Of a DNA stretch of 64,000 nucleotides, positions 14,951 to 27,176 are shown in pieces. The DNA lies in the NCBI GenBank assembly GCA_951406725.2, contig OX597815.1, positions 104,222,001-104,286,000 of the forward strand, in the 5' to 3' direction. Below the pieces are notes generated by a model that saw nothing but the letters and a program-made list of their open reading frames with translations, ran no database searches and was not told the DNA's origin. The stretch's first letter is position 1. Each line of letters opens with the position of its first letter. Origin of the DNA: Octopus vulgaris (lineage: Eukaryota). Made by a program: the position numbers and the translations under genes.

Positions 14951-17239
14951 TTTTGGAATCAGGATGATCCTGGAATTGAAAATCTGCCCTTCATTTGGTT
15001 CTTGAACATCCAGCATTGGAATCTGATTGGAAAGCATTTGTGTTGCTATTTCTAGCAGGTAAAGCTTGGTTAATTTGCGCCATCTTTGTTAACGTTTGTC
15101 AGATGACGTCAGAGATCAAGGGGGAGATAAATGACATTCGCTTCGTTAATTTTACGTCGAGATAAGAACTTTGGAACAAATTGGCCAAAAGTTGGAATTC
15201 ATCTGGGGACTGAAACAATAGAATGCCTAGCAAATACTCTGATGTACAGATATAGCAGAAGGGCAACAAATTTTAGTGCAGCAACATATTAAGAGCTGAT
15301 ACAAAACACTGTCAAATAATATGCACATCACGTTTATTATTAAGCTCAAGATTAAAATTAACTCGATAATCAATATATATGAAAACTTAAAGATAGGTGA
15401 GTCAACAATGTCTCATCTAAAAGAAACATTGTCAAGAAAATGAAATTTATATATCAGCAGAAATATGCAATTTATGTCTCGCAGAGAAACATAAGATGCA
15501 AGGTACATCAGCCTGTATTTTAAACAGAAATAACTATTCATTTTCTTCATGTATACAAAAGAAAGTTCAGTCTTTCATCCTTTAAATATACCACATTATA
15601 GAATCCTTTTGAAATACAAGTGAAATCATTATTTCTTGAAATAAGCCAGTACAATATATGGAGAGCTATCTCCGCTATAAAACATTATGGAGAGTTATCT
15701 GTTCTGAAATACAAAATTACAAAAGCATCCCAAGCTCTGTGTAAATTGGAAGTTATCTTATTTCGTAAAAACTCTCCCATAAAGTAATGAATATTATTCA
15801 GACAACATGACCTGAACTAATCATCAGCTACGTATAAGTAAGTTAACTATATTTCATAATATGTATTTAGTACTTCTATCGATTACTAAAAATGTGTATT
15901 GTTTGTGTATGTATATCTATAGTGTATGTGTGTATGTGCGTACATATATGTGTGCGTGTGTATTATACACATGTGGATGTATGTATGTATACTATAATCA
16001 AGATAAAATTAGCCGAGCAAGCCTTCATTTACTCAACTCCTTAATTGAATGGGTGTTCAAAACACACAATGATCGAGCTGTCAGCTGTAAACGTAGGTCA
16101 CGCTCGAATAGATATGATAGAATCTCATTGTTTTGACAACCACGTCATCATTATTTAAGCGTGACTAATATAGAAGCCATCGTTCTCTAAGCAATACAGT
16201 GTAACTGATTAGTTAAAATGCTGATAGATGTCTGGCATTGGCTCCATAAAATTCTTCGTGCTGCAATTAATTGGTAATATTTCAAATCAACGTGGAGTCC
16301 TATGTGGTGTCTCGATCAACTAGTAATAGCAGCTAAATCTGCTTCATTTGATATCGTATTGTTTTTGGGGGTTTTTTTAACTGATAGAAACCATATTAGA
16401 TTTCTGAGTCCTAAATATATTATGTGTGAAAAAGAAAGTTTTTTTTTTGTTTTTTTATGTCTGGAATGATCTTGATGATAGGTTTGCTGAATCAGAGTTT
16501 ACTTGTCGCTAATCAGCAACAGAACCAACCCTGCATTCCAAAATCTAGAGGATATTTGTATGTGGGGAAAGTGCTAAAAGTCATAAATAAACATGTTCAC
16601 ACAAAGAGAAGAAAATAATTAGTGATAAAGTCAAGTAGGAGTCTTATTCATATTTTGTCGGTAGCCAGCGTATAATCACTATTCGAGAGCATAATTCCAC
16701 AATCATTAGGATATTCGACGTAATTAAAGTTATCTTAAGAAAAGAATAGAAGTGGCGTTACTAACGTGGCAGCCTTCTCATATTGCCGTCACTGATAACA
16801 AGAAAAAAGGAAATGATTCAAGAGATATCTGCAATTCAATTGTAGATGTAAAACATTTCATAAAAAAAAATCAGAATAAAAAGAAATATTATCTCCCATA
16901 ATGTTTCGTTTCTCAGAATATTGACGACAGCAAATGTTCAAAAATAACTGGCGAATTAATTAATCGTGGACATTTTCAATAATTTGGCTAGCAGACAAAG
17001 AGTTAAAAATAAGGCTAGAGAGAAAATAAAACGTTGGCTATCGGCTGATATGTTATGTAGAATATAGAAAACTCGGTAAGTATCAGCTAAAGTCATACAA
17101 GTCTTGCATCACTACAAATATAAAATTTTCATTCACCACCTATGACTTGCCGTTATTCTTTATATTTTTCATTCATTGCTCGACGTTTCAGTCACAATAT
17201 ATTACCTCTATATCTCTCTACATCTCTCTCCTACAAACG

Positions 17240-17304
<65 letters not shown>

Positions 17305-17744
17305 GTGTTTGCACGATAGAATAATGCACACACGACGTTGTATTTATTACGCACCCAAACATTCTAAAGTGCATTCGAAAGACAATCACCAAACTAAATA
17401 GCAAAAACACCACTCAGCAAAACTCTACAATCTCTAACGCAAAGACGTACTTTTGCCACACGCTGCCGGTTCCATCACAATTGCGATAACTTCGGTTCGT
17501 CCTTCTGCAGAAGACACTCTTCCCTCTAGAATTCACATCTTTGCCCACTTTTTCCATATAAACGTCGACAATTATACATAACCGGGTTTATATCATCATT
17601 CATAAAGGGCCTAGATCTGCCCCATTCATCTCACTACAATCATTAGGACACTACTTTTCTATTTCAATTTTTTCCAACGATTCTTATGGATTAATCTTAC
17701 ATATACATATACATACACACACACACACTCACACACACACACAG

Positions 17745-17794
<50 letters not shown>

Positions 17795-17887
17795 CTTTCC
17801 TGAGCATCCAATAATACTATATTTGTTCGACATCCTCGCGTTGTTGTTTTTGTGCTTTCTTGTTTAGATTAACTTTATATATGTATA

Positions 17888-18090
17888 CTAGCAGTATCGC
17901 CCGGCGTTGCTCGGGTTTGTAAGGGAAATAACTATATAAGCATTTTTAGAGAGTTACTTCCTTTATAGATGCCAATTCGGGCTTTCTTAGCCATTTCTGT
18001 TTTGGTGTCTTCAAGCCATGAAGTCGTTGTTCTAAAAGAACGCTGGTCTCCTTGACAACGCATTACGACGTTGATTTCCTTAAACTCCCT
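17888..18090 (-). mobile_element. Non-autonomous Helitron-like element, 3' end
   Basis: Minus strand ends CCCGAGCAACGCCGGG (hairpin) CGATACTGCTAG|T; terminal ~65 bp shared with 36575-36639. Confidence 0.7.
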
Positions 18091-18095
18091 TAAAC

Positions 18096-18391
18096 TCGGG
18101 TCTACCAAAGCCTTGTAAGTGGATTTAGTAGATGGAAACTGAAAGAAGCCCGTCGTATATATGTATGTATATATATGTGTGTTGCTTGCATGCTTGTGTC
18201 TGTGTTTGTCCCCTCAACATCTGTGTTTGTCCCCTCAACATCGCTTGACAACCGATGCTGGTGTATTTGACCGATAGAATAAGTACTAGGCTTACAAAGA
18301 ATAAGTCCTGGGGTCGATTTGCTCGACTAAAGGCGGTGCCCCAGCATGGCCGCAGTCAATTGACCGAAACAAGTAAAAGAGAGTAAAGAGT
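18096..18391 (+). mobile_element. SINE family A, 5'-truncated
   Basis: Body and tail match the full copies. Confidence 0.88.
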
Positions 18392-18409
18392 ATGTATGTA
18401 TGTATGTAT

Positions 18410-18625
18410 TCTTTTACTAGTTTCAGACATCTGATTGCAACCATGCTGAAGCACCGCCTTAAAGAGGTTTTTAGTCAAAGAAATTGACCCCAGGACTTCT
18501 TTTTTATAAGCTTTATACTTATTCTATCGCTTCTCTTTTGCCGAGCCGCCAAGTTACAGGAGTGTAAACACACCAGCATCGGTTGTCAAGTGATGAGGGG
18601 AGGGGGGGGCAAACTGACACAAAGA
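18410..18625 (-). mobile_element. SINE family A, 3' half
   Basis: Reverse-complement tail directly adjacent to the previous copy. Confidence 0.85.
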
Positions 18626-18649
18626 CACGCTGACATGAATATATATACA

Positions 18650-18680
<31 letters not shown>

Positions 18681-18702
18681 AGATATATGTGTGTGTGTGT
18701 GT

Positions 18703-19004
18703 GGAGGCACAATGGCCCAGTGGTTAGGGCAGCGGATTCGCGGTCGGAGGATCGCGGTTTCGATTCCCAGACCGGGCGTTGTGAGTGTTTATTGAGAGAA
18801 AACACCTAAAGCTCCACGAGGCTCCGGCAGGGGGGAGGGGCGATCCCTGCTGTATTCTTTCGCCACAACTTTCTCTCACTCTTTCTTCTGTTGGCCTGCT
18901 CGTTTAGCCAGCGGGGTGGCGTCATTTGATGGCTAAAACAATGTGAAGCGCATTGTGACCAGCGATGTGTACCCATATCTGATAGCCTTGTTGGTCACGT
19001 GATT

Positions 19005-19011
<7 letters not shown>
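18703..19011 (+). mobile_element. SINE family C (tRNA-derived head), tail type 1
   Basis: A-box TGGCCCAGTGG, B-box GGTTTCGATTCC; near-identical to 22808-23111; ends in CACGTGAT repeats and (TA)n. Confidence 0.9.
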
Positions 19012-19049
<38 letters not shown>

Positions 19050-19252
19050 CCCTTCCTTCCTGAGCATCCAATAATACTATATTTGTTCTTTGTGTTTTCA
19101 TGTTTGGATTAACTTTATATATATATATATATATATATACATATATACCGGAGTAAACACATAAATGTGAAACAAGGTGGAAAAAAGAGTACTCAAATAC
19201 CAGTGGTAGAGTAATATGCTTTATTCAAAGCAGCAGAAAATTCTAGCAAAAA

Positions 19253-19290
19253 CTGTCCGACGAACGGGAACGTGAAACTCAGAGTAACAG
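19253..19290 (+). ncRNA. Type-I hammerhead ribozyme motif (C at position 4) inside a short inverted-repeat element
   Basis: CTGT CCGACGA ACG-GGAA-CGT GAAA CTC-A-GAG TA ACAG: stems I, II and III all pair around a hammerhead core. Confidence 0.65.
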
Positions 19291-19327
19291 GTTTTGTTGA
19301 ATTTTCTGCTGCTTTAAATAAAGTATA

Positions 19328-19394
<67 letters not shown>

Positions 19395-19401
19395 TTATTT
19401 A

Positions 19402-19451
<50 letters not shown>

Positions 19452-19505
19452 CGACGGGCTTCTTTCAGTTCCCGTCTACCAAATGCAATCACAATGCTAT
19501 GGTCG

Positions 19506-20078
19506 CTTAGCAGTATTTCGTCTACCGCTACGTTCTGAGTTCAAATTCCGCCGAGGTCGACTTTGCCTTCCATCCTTTCGGGGTCGATAAATTTAGTACC
19601 ATTTACGCACTGGGGTCAATGTAATCGTTTTGATCCGTTTGTCTGTCCTTGTTTGTCCCCTCTATGTTTAGCCCCTTGTGGGTGGGGGGGAAGCACTCTG
19701 TCGGTTACGACGATGAGGGTTCCGGTTGATCCGAATCAACGGAACAGCCTGCTCGTGAAATAAACGTGTAAGTGGCTGAGCATTCCACAGACACGTGTAC
19801 CCTTAACGTAGTTCTCGGGGATATTCAGCGTGACACAGAGAGTGACAAGGCCGGCCCTTTGAAATACAGGTACAACAGAAACAGGAAGTAAGAGTGAGAG
19901 AAAGTTGTGGTGAAAGAGTACAGCAGGGATCACCACCATCCCTGCCGGAGCCTCGTGGAGTTTTAGGTGTTTTCGCTCAATAAACACTCACAACGCCCGG
20001 TCTGGGAATCGAAACCGCGATCCTATGACCGCGAGTCCGCTGCCCTAACCACTGGGCCATTGTGGGTAATAAAGAAAC
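19506..20078 (+). mobile_element. SINE family B interrupted by a family C insertion
   Basis: B core at 19506-19683; tail resumes at 20060 (TTGTGGGTAATAAAG). Confidence 0.85.
19684..20059 (-). mobile_element. SINE family C, tail type 2, nested insertion
   Basis: Head matches the 18703 copy but the tail differs; flanked by direct repeat TTGTGGGT (19676-19683 and 20060-20067). Confidence 0.9.
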
Positions 20079-20771
20079 AGATATAGTAAAAGACTCTTGC
20101 CCAAAGTTCTATGCAGTGAAACTGAACCCGGAACTGTGTGATTGGGAAGCAAGCTTCTTACCACACAGCCATGCCTACGGCTATGTATATATTATGAATG
20201 TGTGTGGGGGGGCTCTATCGGTCAATATTGACCTCGCATTGGTATATATACGCACTTTTGAACAAAGTTTTATAAAGGTTTTATAAAGTCTTCTTTCCCC
20301 TATGACATCAGTGTTTATCCAATGGAAAGGCCACCGATCTGGGCTGATACAATTTGGAACTTGTGTCATTGCAGGTGCTACTGTCCGAAAACATCTCACC
20401 TTACCCTCTAACAGTTCCACCAAATCTACCACCTTGGATATAAATGTTTTTTATCGACCCCGAATTGATGAAATTCGGCGTAGTGTCATATGCGAGCGCA
20501 GACTCAGGGGAAAATAGCATGAGGCATTTTATCCATCACTCGAAAAAATCTGCCAAATCACCTTGTGTGTGTGAGAGAGAAGGGGGGTGGGAGAGAAAGA
20601 GACGGAGAGAGAGAAAGAGAGAGAGGGGGATGGTATGTGTGTATGCGCACACATGGGTGTATGTGTGCGCGCACGTGTGCATGCGTGCGTTTGTGTGAAT
20701 ATGTGTTCATGCGCGCATATGTGTGTGCGTGTGTGTGCGCATGTGTGTGTGTCTGTGCATGTGTGGTGTGT

Positions 20772-20816
<45 letters not shown>

Positions 20817-21083
20817 CGCGCACGTGTAACTTTGCAAGTATGTACTTTGTTTGAATTCCTGAGGTGAGGAATTATCCTTATATAGAACTAATATATTCGG
20901 CCTCATCTTCATATCATAGATTTTAAAATCCCAACGTTTTGGCCGCTGAACCTTTCGGCCCTCTTCAGATGCCTAATGCATTCGATGATAATCCCAGAAT
21001 TTCGAATCAAACCCTATATGAAATACATATTTGCAATTCACAAGATACAGGAATTCGCACAAGCGGTATATGGACAATCATAA

Positions 21084-21315
21084 GGCGGCGAGCTGGCAGA
21101 AACGTTAGCACACCGGGCGAAATACGTAGCCGTATTTCGTCTGCCATTACGTTGTGAGTTCAAATTCCGCCGAGGTCGACTTTGCCTTTCATCCTTTCGG
21201 GGTCGATAAATTAAGTACCAGTTACGCACTGGGGTCGATGTAATCGACTTAATACCTATGTCTGTCCTTGTTTGTCCCCTCTGTGTTTAGCCCCTTGTGG
21301 GTAATAAAGAAATAG
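21084..21315 (+). mobile_element. SINE family B, full length, young
   Basis: Complete head, core and tail; flanked by direct repeat GGTATATGGACAATCA (about 21065 and 21315), a likely TSD. Confidence 0.92.
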
Positions 21316-22060
21316 GTATATGGACAATCACAGACAGACCACCAACAAACGAAAATTTAGTTAAGCTCTGTGAACTCAATGTCATCGATCACCCCATCCT
21401 AGTCATGAACGAAAGATTCATAATCGTCTTAAATTTTTACGAATCATCTACAAAGCATTCTCACTTCCGGATACCTGATGAAAATAACAGACGCTACCAT
21501 CAACACAACTAATGACAAAATCAATCACGTTATGACTCACATGATTGTCTCTAATATAGAATCACCAGCTGATATCTAGCGAAAAGAAACGTCATGGACA
21601 ACGCTATCCAGCGAGTGATTAATCTCCATGAGCAATCAAAAGACATTGATCAACAGATCGTTCTACTTGAGAGAAAATCATGTGACTGGTAGCGTGACTG
21701 GACATGTGATTGGTCACATGACTGGCTGTGTTGATGACGGCTTCTGCTATCTTAGTTATGTACTTGGAAATATGTGTGCTTTCTCTATAGTTGATCGGCA
21801 GAAACTTTGGAGAATTTTGGTGCATTTTGGTATTTTAGTATGAGTTAAGATGGATGTTGATTTATTATAGCTAAGATGTCACATTAGCGATGATGATCTA
21901 GCATTAAAGAAGATAAGATTTAAAAAAAAAAAACAGAAACCATTTCAAGAACACTTAAAACACATAGACATGTTGAACGTATTCATTCCATATTTCTACC
22001 GACATGGCATATATAAGTAGATAGATAGATAGATAGATAGAGAGAGAGAGGGGGGGGAGA

Positions 22061-22115
<55 letters not shown>

Positions 22116-22116
<1 letters not shown>

Positions 22117-22291
22117 TTTATTGGCCATACAGGGCTGGACACAGAGGGGACAATTACCAATGTAGAGCTTTTCTTTTCAAGACGGAAAAGGAAAAAGAAG
22201 AAGAAAAAGGAAACAAATGTAAAATTTCGATCAAAAGGGATCGGAAGAAAAAAAAGGGATCAAAAGGGATCGTGTATCACAGAAAGAAAAA

Positions 22292-22292
<1 letters not shown>
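22116..22292 (-). mobile_element. Probable 3' end of a Tx1/L1-type LINE inside a (GA)n microsatellite
   Basis: Minus strand ends CAGCCCTGTATGGCCAATAAAG, like the LINE tail at 25716-25745; (GA)n on both sides. Confidence 0.55.
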
Positions 22293-22388
<96 letters not shown>

Positions 22389-22683
22389 TCGTAAAATGTC
22401 AGGAGGTGAATATATTTAACAACATGATATTCGTAGGATGATGGCCGTTTCGCAACCATCATCATATAAAAATAATTTCAGTGTATAATAAATTACTTTA
22501 CCTGTTCGCACCAGCATGCATGCTACACATTGCACTGTGCAATTAGAAACCAATGTAGATATAGAAAGGTGTTCAGATCAACAGAACATCATGGTTACAT
22601 CAATGCCTCAAATCTACTATATAGATAGAAAATTATCCTTTATATATACAATGTATGGAAGACCGATAATATATATATATTTA

Positions 22684-23186
<503 letters not shown>

Positions 23187-23263
23187 ATATATATATATGT
23201 ATATGTTAATATATGTATATATATATATATATGCATATGTTAATATATGTATATATATATATA

Positions 23264-23394
23264 CAGGGTGTCCCAAAAAAATGTATACACATAGTGCTTC
23301 GGCAAAAGAGAACGATAGAATAAGTACTAAGCTTACAAAGAATAACAAATTTACAATTATTTAAGGTGTGTATACATTTTTGGGGGACACCCTG
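23264..23394. mobile_element. Tc1/mariner-type MITE
   Basis: About 27-bp TIRs CAGGGTGTCCCAAAAAAATGTATACAC / GTGTATACATTTTTGGGGGACACCCTG with TA on both sides. Confidence 0.88.
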
Positions 23395-23510
23395 TATATA
23401 TGCATTTATACGCAGACGCGCGCGTACTTATATGCGCGTACTAATCTGTGTGTGCGTGTGTGTGTGTGTATAGATGCAAACAAACATATACATGCATATA
23501 TACACATATA

Positions 23511-23554
<44 letters not shown>

Positions 23555-24079
23555 CGCGCACGTGCGTGTATGTTTGAAGTCTCGTGGTCTAATGGTTGGA
23601 GTATTAAACTCACGATCTCGAGACCGCGTTGTGTTCTTGAGCAAAACAACAAAATTTCACGGTATTCTACACACAGCGAACGATGACCAGCCGCCAGCCA
23701 GCGGGGTGGCATTATTCGAAAGCTAAATCAATGCAGGAAAGCGCATTGTGATCAACGGTGTATAACATCTGATAGTGTGAGGATGCAGGAGTACCTACAT
23801 TGCAAGAAGCATGAGTGAAAATACTCTTAATGCTAAAAAAAGGAGCGCAGAATATACACACACGCTGACTGGAGAAGCAACTGCCTCATGACTGTCTACT
23901 GTCACAGACGAAACTAGTTCTAATCTGGGGGATCCACGAAGCGGTTCTGCGCCCCTCCTACAGCATCAAGAATATTTAAACTCTTATTTCTAGCAATGTA
24001 GGTGCTCTCGGCATCCTAAGTCACACTTAGTGACGATTGTGTTTTTCCTTTATAGTATCACATTGCGCCTGGCTGTTTA

Positions 24080-24101
24080 TGTGTGTGTGTGTGTTTGTGT
24101 G

Positions 24102-24160
<59 letters not shown>

Positions 24161-24202
24161 TGCGTATGTATGTATGTATGTATGTATGTATGTATGTATG
24201 TG

Positions 24203-24234
<32 letters not shown>

Positions 24235-24298
24235 TGCATGCGCGCGTATGTATGTATGTATGTATGTATGTATGTATGTATGTATGTATGTATGTATG

Positions 24299-24329
<31 letters not shown>

Positions 24330-24524
24330 ATGCGTGCGTATGTATGTATGCATGTATGTATGTATGTATGTATGTATGTATGTGTGTGTGTGTGTGCGTG
24401 CGTGCATGCGTGCGTATGTATGTATGTATGTATGTATGTATGTATGTATGTATGTATGTGTGTGTGTGTGTGTGTGTGTGCGTGCGTGCGTGCATGCGTG
24501 CGTATGTATGTATGTATGTATGTA

Positions 24525-24593
<69 letters not shown>
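24080..24593. repeat. Compound higher-order microsatellite [(TG)n(CGTG)n(TATG)n]
   Basis: Module repeated about five times; source of many spurious ORFs. Confidence 0.95.
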
Positions 24594-24594
<1 letters not shown>

Positions 24595-24737
24595 ATTTTC
24601 ATAACCCTGATTATTCAGTTTTGCAGTTGTCGCTTACATTTTTGCCACCTTTTCTGAAATCCCTGTTAAAAAAAAACATGATGAAACAACAAAACCAATT
24701 ATACTAGGTCAATACAACGCAGGTGTGGCTATATAGA

Positions 24738-25130
24738 GCGTAGGTGTGGCTGTGCGGTAAGAAGTCTGTTTCTCAATCACGTTTCCAGTTTCAATCTCAC
24801 GGGGCAAGTGTCTTCTACAATAGCACCGGGCTGATCAAAGCCATGTGAGTGGATTTTGTAGTTGAAAACTGAAAGAAGCCTGTCATATAATGCGTGTGTG
24901 TGTGGGGAAGGTGTATGTTTGTCCACCACCACTGCTTGACAACCGGTGCTGGTTTGTTTACGGCCCTGTAACCTTGCAGTTCGACAAAAAGCGACCCGAT
25001 AGAGTAAGAACCAGGCTTTAAAAACAATAAGTACTGGGGTCAATTTGTTCGACTAATCCCTTCAAGGCAATGCCTAACGAGGCCGCTCCCCAATGACTGA
25101 AACATGTAAAAGATAAAGGAAAAAGATAAA
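24738..25130 (+). mobile_element. SINE family A, decayed full length
   Basis: Head, body and tail recognisable. Confidence 0.85.
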
Positions 25131-25484
25131 GCCGTGTGAACGCAACTTCGTATTTATAAACTGAAGTGTACAGAAAAAATTACACAAATACCGATTCGTT
25201 AAAATAATCAATAAAACTTTTCTTAAATATGTTCCAAAATTACGTTCTTACTATGCCATACACGTATGTAATCGTGTGATTGATACTGCTAACCTTGAAC
25301 TGAACTATAGTTGCCAATTTTTCTTGACGTTATGTATAACAAGAATGTCAAACAAGATACATAACTTTGACTTGTAATCGTTAGGGTTACTTCCCTTGAT
25401 AAAAGAAACTCGATAATAGATGTCGGAAAAACGCTCAATAAGAAACGGAAACGAAATTAAAAGGAAAATAATACTTACTTCTGA

Positions 25485-25695
25485 AGGTGAGACACCTGCA
25501 AACTGGGAGAGGGGCTAGTAGATTATATTGACCGCCCCCCCCCCCAATGCATAACTCGTACTTATTTCATCGACCCCGAAAGAATGAAAGTAAAGTCGAC
25601 CTCGGCGATATTTGAACACAGAATGTAAAGATAGATAAAATGCAGCTAAACATTTTATCCGATGTGATAATGATTCTGCCAGCCCACCGCCTTAA
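25485..25695 (-). mobile_element. SINE family B
   Basis: Core CATCGACCCCGAAAGAATGAAAG..GTCGACCTCGGCG. Confidence 0.82.
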
Positions 25696-25715
25696 TAATA
25701 ATAATAATTATTAAT

Positions 25716-26135
25716 TCTTTTTATTGGCCACAAGGGCTGACACACATGATTAGTAAACATAAAGTGACAAAACAAGACGAAAGGTTACAAAGGGTTTTGT
25801 CCGTTTGTAAAAATCCGTGTAAAAACCTGTAACAACAAAATATTTAACAATGAAAAACTCCCAATAGGGGGAGGCGTTTCGAAAGGTTCTTGGAGGAAAA
25901 AAACCCATAAAAGCCAACGGGAGCCTGGTCAAAAGGTGGATAGAGAGCCCCTTTCTCCTTTTATAAAACCTTTTTCAATCACAGGCGAAACCTGAGAATT
26001 GGTCCATTTACACTGGCCATTCTTGCACAATTCACCCACCTTTCAGAAAACTTGCAATCAGACAGCACTCTCCTCTCTGACCTCATCTTCCTTTTCAAGT
26101 GAAACTTGAAAAAGTTTATGAGGCCTAGCATCGTC
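25716..26135 (-). mobile_element. 3' end of a Tx1/L1-type LINE (ORF2 C-terminus and 3' UTR)
   Basis: FFKFHLKRKMRSERRVLSDCKFSERW resembles Tx1 ORF2 C-termini; UTR ends GCCCTTGTGGCCAATAAAAAG. Confidence 0.65.
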
Positions 26136-26148
26136 ATCGTCTTTGTTG

Positions 26149-26180
<32 letters not shown>

Positions 26181-26203
26181 GGTGGTGGTGGTGGTGGTGG
26201 TGG

Positions 26204-26251
<48 letters not shown>

Positions 26252-26478
26252 ACACATTATTAATGGCATCTCAGCAGTGACAACCACCTCTGTTTAAGAT
26301 GTCTGAAACTATTATTATTCAATATGTCCTTCCTTTTTTCATCTAAAACGATAGTGTGGTATGTAACAGATTTGGATACAATTTCTAGCAGGCTCAAAGG
26401 TCACACAAAACTTCCTGGATCTGTGGCTAGGGAGCGATTGGAATTTTGGTTTATAATCATCTATCACACACACGCACG

Positions 26479-26515
<37 letters not shown>

Positions 26516-26586
26516 GCCAGCGTGAACGTGAACAGAGAAAATGATAACAAAAAGTATACAAGTGAAATATAAACCTAGAAATAATC

Positions 26587-26635
<49 letters not shown>

Positions 26636-26807
26636 CTGAGTGAGATTGTGTGTTACAGCAAAATCTTAATTTTCTGTTGATACGAGAAAAAAATTATAAA
26701 TGGACAAAGAATTTGTATTTTATGTGCGAGCATATAAAAGAGTTACTAGCAGAGTTGTTTCCCCTACATTTTATTTCTCATGTTTTCTGTCACAATGGGA
26801 ATATTCT

Positions 26808-27176
26808 TTTACTCTTTTATTTGTTTGTCATTTGACTGCGGTCATGCTGGAGCACCGCCTTTTGTCGAACAAATCGACCCCAGAACTTATTCTTTGTAAG
26901 CCTAGTACTTATTCTATCGGTGCCTTTTGTCGAACCGCTGAGTTACAAGGACGTAAACACACCAGCATCGGTTGTCAAGCGATGGGGGAAACAAACACAC
27001 ACACACACACACACACATATATATTTATATATATATATATATGACGAGCTTCTTTCAGTTTCCTTCTACCAAATCCACTCACATAGCTTTGGTCGGTCCG
27101 AGGCTATAGTAGGTCACTTGCCCGAGGTGTCACGCAGTGGGACTGAACCCGGAACGATGTGGTTGGTAAGCAAGCT
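26808..27176 (-). mobile_element. SINE family A, near full length
   Basis: Reverse complement of family A, head slightly truncated. Confidence 0.9.

Noticed and set aside
17451-17557. Alternative frame MEKVGK...YRNCDGTGSVW resembling a class B GPCR ectodomain motif
   Set aside because: Too short, other conserved cysteines absent, and it meets a stop when joined to the 9784 candidate exon
25479-25495. 17-nt microexon on the minus strand (TTTGCAG...GTAAGT)
   Set aside because: The acceptor derives from a SINE tail; such signals arise by chance and cannot be supported without RNA data
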